This document shows, piece by piece, positions 8,756 through 20,700 of a stretch of 64,000 bases of DNA. Position 1 is the stretch's first letter. The number at the start of each line of letters is the position of its first letter. Source of the stretch: Candidatus Woesearchaeota archaeon (GTDB taxonomy: Archaea; Nanobdellota; Nanobdellia; Woesearchaeales; JACJVW01); the NCBI GenBank assembly GCA_020637435.1, contig JACJVW010000001.1, forward strand, positions 433,060-497,059. The letters are read 5' to 3'. A program made the position numbers and the translations under genes. The notes beneath the pieces were generated by a model, which was not told where the DNA came from, made no database searches, and worked only from the letters and a program-made list of their open reading frames with translations.

Positions 8756-11700
8756 GGGGGCGCACGATACTTGGTTGGTGTATGATACTTTTCGTGCTAG
8801 CTTTAAGCCTCAGCGCTTCTGCCCAGGAGCTTACTCACACCCAAGTCGAGATCGGCAAACCGGTCACCTGGAAGAAAGTCGTTTCAGACGTACCTGCAGA
8901 CGGCACGCTCAATGTCTATGTTGACAAAGATGCCCGGGACGTCAGAGTGGATGGAAGATCTGACATCACTATCAAAGAAGCTTCGATATGGGACACCTTC
9001 GTCCAAAGCTTTGGCTCAGTGACAGGTTTTGCAGTAAGCGAAGCAGGTACTGAGATCGAGTTTGAAGCGAAAGAAGGTGACGCATACACTATTGTCTACG
9101 AAACAGAAGCACCTAAAGTCTACGAATCACAAAAACAAAAGGACGATAAGCTCATCAAAGAGGTAACCATCTCCTCAGACTATCATTATACTGACATCCT
9201 TAGTTACACAGACATTCCGGAAGTGGAAGCAGAGCAAATCAAACTCTACCATAAACAGGGTGGCATCTTCTTCAAAAATAAAATAGACATCACTTCCGAT
9301 GAATCTTACCGGGTAGAATTCATGGATACCAACGGCAATGGACTTATTGACCGTGTAAAATGGGTAACGCCCCACCTTTCCACCCAGGAATTCGAAGTGG
9401 AAATCACAGTCCTTAACGTTCAGAGCTATCCGCTCATAGGTGGCAACTGGACTATCCGGTTTACTACCGCAGGTACCGCAGACCTCGCTATAAGTGCCTA
9501 CATGGGTACAACCTATGGTGAGACGCTGCCGGATGACCTGTGGCCTATTGAACTTCGTTGCGATGATACTCCGTTGGCCCCTATCTTCAACGGAACTCAT
9601 GTCGTCTATGAGGACTTCTCCTGTGATGGTGTCGCCTACCACACAGTGAAGGTCCTCACAGGCGGTAAACATTACCAGGAATTGACCTTCGGCGATGCGA
9701 CAGCGCATGCACAAAACGATGCGGGCACCGTCACGCTCTCATTCCACCATGCGGCAGGATGTAGTGGCCCCTCCACGATAACATCCTCCTCACGGGCGAA
9801 TGAGAGTGATAGTATTTACATCCTGGTTTCTTATTCGAATGATGAGAACGGCGCTGAGAATACGATAGTGGACATTACAGGCTATGTATCTGGCTGTTCT
9901 CTGGCTTCACCCGGTAATTGCTTCGGCGATGACACGCCTGCTGCGAGCACATCATCCTGCTTCCTAAGCAATTTCCCCATTCCAACAGGCCTGAGTGATT
10001 CTGAATCTGTTACAGTATCTGTCCAGAATAGCACTGGTTCCGTTGCAACAACATCCTCTACGCTCTATATCAATCATGCCCCAGGTGTCGCGGTCGCAAT
10101 CACCCCTGCAAGTCCCCTCATAGGTGAGCAGATCACTTGCACCGGAACCGTAACAGACACGGATGCAGGAGACTCTTTTACAGCAAGCTATCTCTTCGAT
10201 GTGATGGGTTCAATTGTCGACAGCGGCAGTGTGGTCTGTTCAGGAACAACCTGTACCGCCACCTGGACTTCCTCAGGGGTCAATGATGGCGACACCATAA
10301 CCTGCAATATGACGGCAATGGACAGTAATGGACTTACTAGTCCTCAGGTCGCGTCATCTGCTGCCACATTCACCACAATAAGCATCAGTCCAACTTCAGC
10401 AAGTATAGAACGTATGGGTACGCAGACCTTCACGGTCTCTGGTAGTACAGCAACTCCTTTTACCTGGAACCTTTCGGGAACTCCCGTGAATGGTTCAGCA
10501 TTCAATCCCGCAAACCCTACTACCTCGTCTGCGACAGTACAGGGACTGGAAGTGGGTTCCTATGTAGTTAATGTAACTGACAACAACGGTGCATGGACCA
10601 CAGCCACATTGACTGTCACTGACACGAACGCTCCAGCGCCTGCAACGAATGTTGTCGCGGCCGACACTCCTGGCGACCAGGGGGATAATATCACGATAAC
10701 CTGGAGCATCTCTACCGATGACGGCCAGGGAGACAATGATGTAGCCAACTATTCTGTCCTAAGGTCGACCAGCCCTACATCAGGATTTGCTGCCGTTTCT
10801 GGAGCGCTTCCCCCAGGCACAGAGATTTTTGTCGACACAACAGTCCTCCCTGATGTCAGCTATTATTACCGGGTCAGGACCATGGACATCAGTGGCAATT
10901 TTGTCGATTCTGATATCTCCGGACCTGTCAATCTCAACGGCCAGCCCATCATGCAGGAGATAATCTATTACCCGTTAAGTCCGTCTGCCCAGGATAATAT
11001 AACCTTTGTAGCATTCGCGACAGATACCGACAACGAGACGGTGACGATGAACTACACGGTAGAAGTCACTGCCTTTGACGGAGGTACTAACTATCAGGAA
11101 AGCGGAGAGGCCTGGTGCTTCTTCCTTGGTCACGGCATGAGTCAATATGGTACGACATATGCAGAGCCGACAACTGAATGTACGGTAACACTAGCATCCA
11201 GCCACTTCACCAAAGCGGACAAAGTGACTATCACTTTCACCCCTCATGACGGACAGGAGGCAGGAGACCCGCTCTCGCTAAATGGATTCATCGTTATCAA
11301 CAACAGCAGGCCAAACGCATCCAATGTATTTGTCTCGCCGATAAATCCTAACCAGTCCTCTGTGCTCAGCTGTAATTATACGTTCACCGACTTCGATGGA
11401 GACATGGAGAATACGTCCCAGGCTCGTTTCAGATGGTACATCAATAATGAAGGACTCAACGACTTTGTACTTGTGCCTGGCTACACCAGCCGGACAATTT
11501 CAGGAATCTTCGACAAAGACGACATTATCAAATGTGCAGTACAGGTCAAAGACATTGATTCCAGTTGGTTAAAACAACCTCTATACGCATCCGCATATGC
11601 TACATCAACAGAGATCACAATAAAAGACAATGCGATCCCTCAGATCATAGATTACTGGATCTCTGCAAATAACACTAACCCTGCGGCACCAGGAGATGAC

Positions 11701-14700
11701 ATCTACTTCAATGTAAGCTGGGTCGACTACGAAGACCCAAGCGACCAGGCTAGGATGTACGTCTGTGACGCATGGGAAGATATTGAGAATCAGTACGATG
11801 GTGGAACCTCTGAGATCTTCTTTGGTGATGATACAGCAAATGCTGATCAAGAAGTAAGACTCTATACGAACGAGACTGGCCAGTACGTCTACACCCTGGC
11901 AATCAAACCTACAAAATTCATCGAAAACTCCTTTACTACATACAGTCCAGGCTCCACCGTCACCGCAGGAGATGTCTTCGTAGGCTCAGCACTCCTCGAC
12001 TTCCCTCCTTATTACACTTATTATGATGCTGACCACAGCGACACATATACCCTCGGTGAGTCCATTATATGGGATAATCAGTCCATGGGAACGAACAAGA
12101 CATACAACGCGCAATACGACGTAGTCATCTACGGTGATGAAGTGGTTGATGGCAGTTCTCTAGTCAGGTTCAACGAGAGCAATATCCACACCTTTTATGA
12201 CTCAGACAGCAGCGGGACTTACACTACAGGAGATGACATCTACCTTGACAGCGGTGCAACCCCTAATCAGGTTGATGCAGGCGATGTAAGGGTAAGTATA
12301 GTCTCCAACCGGCCCTCTGCGGAGACACTTTCAACCTCCTTCATTTACGACATCATCGTCCGTGAAGTGGACAATATCGGTGATACGACCGGTCTAGTCA
12401 TAGCAAGGGACAATGACAATACCTTCACCCTTGGAAAATACAACTATTTTGTCCCGCAGTATAATGCTCAACCACTTCCTGGAAAATATCTCATGTTCAC
12501 CATCTGCATAGATGTTGATAACGACGATACTTGCGACTCAGATTCGGACAATTTCAATGATATGGTCTTTTTCAAAGCAGATCCCGCACCAGGAGCAGGT
12601 TATCAGGCGTACAATGGAACGGGCTCAGTGCACTACAACCCGGATATCAGGTTCAACTATGGTGCAAGCGAAAGCCCAGGTTGTGCGGGAGCAACCTACT
12701 GCAGCACTCCCAATTCTCCTCTCAACGATATTTCCTGCACCTATGAAGCGGTCTTCGAAAATTCGTGGAACAACACAGTCAATCTCAAGGTCTGTGATGA
12801 GCACGATGCTTGCTCTGTCAACAGAGTAGCAAACTTCTTTGTGAATCACATCCCTATAATTTCAGATCTTACCATAAACAGCAGTATAGACGGTGTCAAT
12901 ATTGACGCAGTCAATAATTTCAGCACTAGCAGGAACCTTATATGTAATTACACTGCTTCAGACAGTGACCCGCAAGGCAATACTATCGGCTTAAGCAGCG
13001 TCATCTGGTTTAAGAAAAGCCAGAGCGCAAGTGTCTTCCAGCGTGCGATAGTCCCAAACAGCACTTTACTCGCGAACAGTAATACCGAACCAGGAGACCA
13101 GTGGATCTGCCAGATCACGGTGCATGATGATTTTGATAATTCGCTAGGGACCAACTCATCTCCTGTAACGATCCTAAGTGCGCAGGGTGACGAACTGACC
13201 ATCCTATCAGTTTTTGATGATTCCTCCTTGACCGCACCTGTACTGTTGGATGAAGACGTTACCATCGAGGTCTCCTTCCTCTACACGGGAACCGATGATG
13301 TCAAAGTCTATGTCTGCAACTCTTCGTCCATAACCTCGGGTGGCTGCCTTGATCACACCTACGCAGCCACGGATTTCGTCTCGGACAACCCGATCAATGT
13401 AAGCTGGGAGGCAGATGCTCCTGGAACACACAGATACTACGTCAAGGTCTGTGATGAGTCATTCAGATGTTCAGCGGTGGTAGGGACGTCTACTGAATAC
13501 AATTACACCGTCAATCAGCGTCCTATTGTCAACTCAACGCTCCTTACGACGTATACTGGTTCGACCAACTACACAGACGCTGACCCCCTCAACTGTACCT
13601 ACATAGGCAACGACCAGGATAGCATAGGTACGGGACTAAACGCGACCTACACCTGGTTCCTCAGAAGATCAGGAGGGGCGTTCCAAAAGATTGCATTACC
13701 TCCGACAACCGCAACGATCGCAGAATCACAGACTATTCTCGGCGATGTATGGATCTGCCAGGTTGACCTTTCAGATGGTTACCATAGCGCGGATGCGCTC
13801 AACAGCAGCCCCGCATTCATTCAGAGCCTAAGTACGGGAATTATCGGCATAACTGATGTGAACGATACAGTAGGCAGTGTCGTTGAGCTCGGAGATTCCA
13901 TCGACATCGACGTCTACTGGCAGTCTGCTACCGGCGATAACGCAAAGGCATTTATCTGCAATTCCACGAGAGTGCTCGCAAGCGGTTGTCTTGATGGTAC
14001 CATTATGGAGACGAGTTATACCTCAGCAAATCCTATCTCTGCATCCATCACTCCGACAATAGGGGGGTTGCAGTATTATTATGCCATGGTCTGTGATACC
14101 TCCTGGAACTGCTCATATGTCCAAAGCTTTGACAGCAAAGGCAATAGGTTGAATTACACGGCAAACACCCCCCCTGTCATCGGATATGTTACCGTCAACA
14201 CGACTACTGACGGACTTACCCCGGACGGTCTGCAGAATTACACGGTGGACACACACCTGATCTGCAATTTCTCCATCTCGGACCCGGACATGCTTTCTGA
14301 ACCAAGTTTTGAGATTGCATGGTACAAAAATGGCCAGAAAGTAAATTTCCCTTCAGTCACTGCGATTTCAAAATGGAATACGCAGGGAGGCGAACTATGG
14401 AGTTGTGGGGTCACTCCTATAGACGAATACGGAACTTATCCGGAAATGATTTCACAAAGTGTATTCATCACGGGCATCTCTAATGAAATTGTAGTAGTTG
14501 AGAATATCACTGCTAACTACAATGAGAGCAACCCTCTACTCAATGGACAAGCTGTAACCTTCAACCTAAAGGCGATGAGCCTCAACAGCGTCTCCTGGTT
14601 CGCATACATATGTAATACCTCAAACATAGACGTCACAGGCTGCTGGGATGACCAATTCGCAACAATATCGACTGCAACAGAGGAATCCACAGCATCCTAC

Positions 14701-17700
14701 ACCACAGTCTACGAAGATCACGGAGTGATACCTTATTATGTACTGATCTGTGATACCACGTTCAACTGTTCACAGGTACAGGGAGTTGACACTGCCCTTA
14801 ATTTCACGGTTAACCATCGCCCAGTCCTTACTTATGTGCGGTTGAACACGACAGATCTTACATCAAACTTCACCAGTGACCGCAATCTGATCTGTCAGTT
14901 ATCTTACAATGACCCTTACAGCTACAACAATGGCTACAACATTTCATACACATGGTACAGGAATGGCATCCTGCAGGCATACCCTAGTAGCATGGATGTG
15001 CTCTCCAACACACAGACACAGACGGACGATGAGTGGTACTGTGAAGCTCAGGTCAGCGACGGCTATCATTCAAGTGATGTGGTTGCCGCGGCATTTGTCA
15101 ATATCAGTGACTACGCGCCAGGTTCCGTCTGGATAACGAACTTGACGACAAACAGTAATTCCAGCTCTTACCTCAGGTACCCTTCCAATGTTACCTTTAA
15201 TATTACCTGGAACTCGACAGAGATTCTTGATGTGCGGGCATTTATCTGCAGCAATAGCAGTATCGGCCCTTCTGGATGTCTCCAGACTACTATCGCCCAA
15301 AGCGGATACACCCGCAGTAATCCGATAGAATTGACCTACCTAACAACCAATAATGAATCAGGACCTACTGACTACTATGTGAAGCTCTGTGACACCTCCT
15401 TCAATTGTTCAGGAGTCGCAGGCATTAGTATACCTCAATACTACTACATCAATCAACCCCCTATTGAGACCGCTGTCTGGATGAACACGACAGACGGAAC
15501 AGACAATTTCACCAGTGACAGGAACATCATCTGTAGATATACTGCTATGGACCGGGACGATGTAAATGCGAGCGACCCACTTATACCTGAATATTATTGG
15601 TGGGTGGGATCTACCGATGACAATATGGAGTTGGTGGAAACAAGCACAAGCACACAAGTACTGACAAACAACAACTATGAACCTGGTTACTATGTACAAT
15701 GCGGCGTTCGCACTTCCGATGGGATGCACTTTGGAGACGGAACTTTCAGCCAGGCACAACAGATAAGCACCGAAGTAGTAGAAGGGATAGTTATCTCAAA
15801 TGTCACCCACAACTCGCCAACAGAGACGCCGGTGACCGAAGGCAACGTTATCCTATTCTCCATCGACTGGTACAGCAGCTACGGCCTTCCTGTAAGAGCA
15901 CACATCTGCAGCTCACCAGACTTCAACTACAGTGGCTGCTATAACACTACTCTTGCTGCATCAGGTGGTTTCTCAAGCACAAACCCGCTCATAGTAAGCA
16001 TGGCCACTAATGGATCGGAGCCGACCATACAGAACTACTGGGCAAGGATCTGTGACAACAGTTACAACTGTTCAGAGCCGTTCCCTGAAGCAGGAATAAA
16101 TCTGAATGTATCCGTCAACCACCGACCTAATGCGGTGAATGTGACTGTCAGACAATTTGATCAGTACAGTACTACGGGATTGCTCATCTGCAACTACTCT
16201 TTTAATGACACGGATATGGACCCGGAGAACGCAACTTTAGCTACATTCCTCTGGTACACAGTAACCAACAGCGTCAAATCCCTTATACCAGGACAGAACG
16301 AAAGGTTCCTCGAGGACGCGTTCAGTTATGGAGATGAGATAACCTGTAGCGCAAGAGTCGCAGACAACCATTCAGTCAGCGACAATCAGTTCAGAGATGC
16401 CAATAATACCATAAGATTCAGCGCGATACCACCTAAACCCGTCCTTTGGAATATGCCCTTTGCAGTATCTGCAGCAACAGGTAATAGGATGATAGGGTAT
16501 TTCGGTATACCTAACGTCAATTACTCAGTCCACCTGCGGCAGGAATTCAATGTGACAACGCCCGTCACCAACACAACCTCTACGGATAGCAGGTACTTCG
16601 GTTTCGCTTTCCCGGTCTACAAGGCTGCCAATAAATCTGCGTTCGTCATAGTTCACCGCGACGATCTTGACCTGTTCCAGACTGGAAGATACATCTCCTA
16701 CGACAACCATAACCGGACATACTTTGCACGATACAGGATAACAGGCAACGAAGATCTCTTCGACGATACTTACAAGGTATTTACTTCGCCTGCACTGGAG
16801 CACAATATTACCTCCTCGACCGCGATTTTCGTCTACAACAGTACCTATCCTTCAGGATGGTTCAATATGTCATTGCCATCCTTATTCGTAGGTGAAAATA
16901 CCATCAGGATCAGGGGACTGTCATCCTATGGCAATGGACCTTACCTGAATCAGACCCTCTACCTTGATCTGGAGAACCCGACCATAAACATATCCAAAAT
17001 AGGCAACTACAGTTTCAGCCACATGTCGACCATCTACTGGTCCGTCTATGACAATATCTCCCTTAAAGACATGCTCCTCCAGGTTTCTAACAGTTCAGAA
17101 ATAGTCAACTACACACTCTACGATTACAACTTCAATGACACTGACACTCAGATAGTCTGCGATGGCAATCTGACAGACCAGGACTGCCGGGTGGAGATCT
17201 ACCTCAATAATAATACCCTGCACAACCTCACATTCACAGTCACTGACAGTTCAGGAAGAAGCACGACTGAAGTACGCTATGACTACGTCGTCAATACCTC
17301 AGTGCTCCCGGTCATACTTGTCTACCAGGGTTTCATAGATGATGCTCTTGACGAGCACATCCCCGCGACCATCGCTACCAATACAACATTCACCGCAAAC
17401 TGGACCTCTGATGCACATGCCATAACACGTTACTACGAAGTCAAGATAGTAGAATATGAAGGAGACCTTCTTGTCAAAGACATGACCAACTGGACTGAAG
17501 TTGGCAAAGAGAGAAATTGGACTGCGACCGTGCCTGCACGAAACCAGTATATCTACAAATTCCATGTAAGGTCTCTATACCAGGATCTAAGCTACAGCGA
17601 AGAATTTGTCAGTGAGGGCATGTTTTATTTCGTGGATGAAGCTCCGGTCTGCATTGATTGTGTCAGATTTGTAGGCACAGATAACGGCGGGCAGACATTC

Positions 17701-20700
17701 ACAAATTCACCAGACACCATGAAAGTGGCTTGGAACTTCACAAGCGAAGCTCCTATAACTCGCTACAGGTACGCGATAGGAAAAGTAAAGTACCCTTCGC
17801 CTGGCTACAACTCTCATGCGTACAGCAACGACTATCTCAATGATGAGATAACGATAATTAAGACCATGACCGAAGGTGATCAGTATTACGCCGCTGTCAG
17901 AGCGATGAACGAGAATGGCATCTGGAGCCCCTGGTCAATAACCTTGGGCAATCTTACCGTTGACTTGACAGCTCCACAGGGTGGTTCAATAACATACCCA
18001 ACAGGATTGGTCTCTACAAACTTCTCGGTATCCTACAACGACGGGTATGACGACATCAGCGGAATTAAGTCAAGAGTACTCTATCGTGCTACCGCTCAGT
18101 TGATCAATGGGCAGTGCCAGGGATTGTATGTCTACTACCCTGTCAACAGTACCATCATACCGGGGTCAGGAAGCTACACACAGGTCATAGGCAATGGTCT
18201 TTGTTATCGGTACAAGTACATGGTCACAGACTATGTGAACAACACAGCATCATACTTCAAGGGAGAACCGTACGATGTGAAGACAGACACTACCCCTCCC
18301 AATAGTTTCAGTGTCGTCCTGAACAATGGATATTACATCACCTCATCATCAACCTTCACCGTTGACTGGACAGACAGCGCAGATGCACAGTCAGGACTCT
18401 CTCATTACAGCTACATCATCACTGAGGATGACAAGCAGATAGGCAACTGGACTAACATTACAGTTGGCAACACAACAGTGACATTTGCTCAGGTAACCCT
18501 GCCAGATCCGAGGCACCAGGCAAGCTACAGAGTTATCGTAGTTGCTCACAGCAGGAACGGTCTGACGACCCAAGTCACAAGCAATGCTGTCGCATACATA
18601 GATATTGCACCTCCATCCCCTCTTGAGCTGCTGCAGTTTGAGAATCAGACAAATATCACTACTGATAATCTTGTTGATCAGGTGAACAACAATATGACCA
18701 ATATCACCTTCCGGGGTGAGAATGGTATCAGTTGTGTCGCTTCCGTCTACCCCATAGACTATGAGATGTACGATGTATCAAAAACATACCTGACTAACTG
18801 CTCAACGGCAAACGACAATGTAACATGCAGATTCAATACGACAGAGACAGCATACTACACAAGATACATCGTCTGCAGTGACTACGCAGGCAATATGCAA
18901 TTTGTAGATGATGCTCTCAATATTACTTGGAAAGTCGATTTCATAGGTCCTGACATCAATATGACGACCAGTATACAGGGCGAAGTGCTTGGCGAGATGA
19001 TTCTGTTCAACCTTAGTATTACAGACCTCACCGCTGTCGACACAGTCATCTATGAGATAGTAAACGCGACCAGCATGTCGCAGATATTTGACTCAGGTAA
19101 ACTGACCGGTGATGAGATTTACAGCCTACTGTGGAACAGCACTGAATACTTCGCAGGTCAGACCGAACTGCTTACTATCATAATTACAGCAAATGACACA
19201 AATGGTTTCATCCAGAAATTGTTCACAAACTTCACAGTCGATAACACAAGACCTGTCATCAATATTGTCAGTCCTAATCTCAACAACAGATTCTTCAACC
19301 AGAATTTCACGCTTGATGTGCGGGTAAGAAATCCCTTCTACAACACCTCGCTTGGGATCTACAGTATGAATGGCACAAAGATGCATAGCCTGTATAATGT
19401 AAGCAATGTGCTCAGATCAAGCTATGATTATGCAGGACTTGTCGCAACAGACAGCTGGCCTGATGGAAACTACACCATAAGGGTTAATGCTTCAGGAGTA
19501 AGCAATTCCATGAATAAGAGTCTGACCATATATCTTGACAGGACCGCACCATCTCACCTCCCTATTGTCAATCCAAAAGGTCCCGTCTACAATGATGCCT
19601 CAGTGCTCCTTTGGTCGTATTGGCCTATAGAATACAACTTTGTGGCTAACACCTGCGACATAGAAGAAGTACTTATCCAGCACAATGCTACCGGCACCAT
19701 GACCAACTATACAGTAGGGGCTACAGGCTACAATTTCAGTGTAATCATACCGCCTAGCCAGTTAGACAATCACGAGCAGATAGCATGGCTTGTGCATGCA
19801 AAAGATTTCAGCGGAAACTGGAACACAACTGAGCTAAAGACATTCACAGTATCCAACAGGGCTCCCTATCTGTCTCTGGTAATACCTGACCAGGACTGGC
19901 CCGTCAACATCAACAATTCTCCTGTTGAAGCAGCAATACATCTTATCGACCCCGACCAGGACACTCTTACTTTCAGCATCATCCAGCTTCCCGAGAAATC
20001 AAAGATATATGATGAATTGAACAATCCTTCGACCATAAGTGCGAATGACGGTGAATATGATGCGGTAACCTTCCTTGTGGCAAAGAACGCCAACGGAACT
20101 GCGCTTGAAAAGGCGACGACCAACATGCTTGGCAACCCTACATTTGAAGAGGGCAATATGACCTATTTGAATTCCTGGCAGGTCGTAGGTGAACCGCAGA
20201 AGAACTGGACGCTCAATATTGAAGGTAACTACAGTGTTATTGTCAATAGGAATCACTACTACATGCAGACTGTGCCGGTAACCCCTAACACAGAATACAC
20301 CTTGAGCGCGACCATGAGGTCAGTCAGTGGTACTACTCACGGCAGATTGCATGTTGATTGGCTCGATAGCACCCAGCAATACCTCGGTACCTGCCTCATC
20401 TGTGGGCTAGGTAATACTTGTGCCTTTACGCCTGAATTAACCGTGACACCGGAAAGAAAGTCTGCAAATATGACCAGTCCTTCCGGTGCGGTGTACGCTA
20501 GGATCTATGTTGACGCACAGAACAGCAGTTATACTGTAGTAGATGATATGCAATTCGAGAAAAGTAGCTTCGCTACATCCTTCGTCAATGGATCCAGAGC
20601 TGCAACATATATCGAGTATGATATTAGTTCGCACTACAATGATTCAGCGGGAACGATAGGATTCTGGTTCAGACCTTTCTGGAATACCTCATCAGATGAA

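Noticed and set aside
9175-9714. 179-aa minus-strand ORF and many other 60-180-aa ORFs inside 8752-23988 and 47008-64000
   Set aside because: All are antisense or out-of-frame within the two giant coding regions. They are Cys/Val/Ile-rich shadow ORFs with no motifs.
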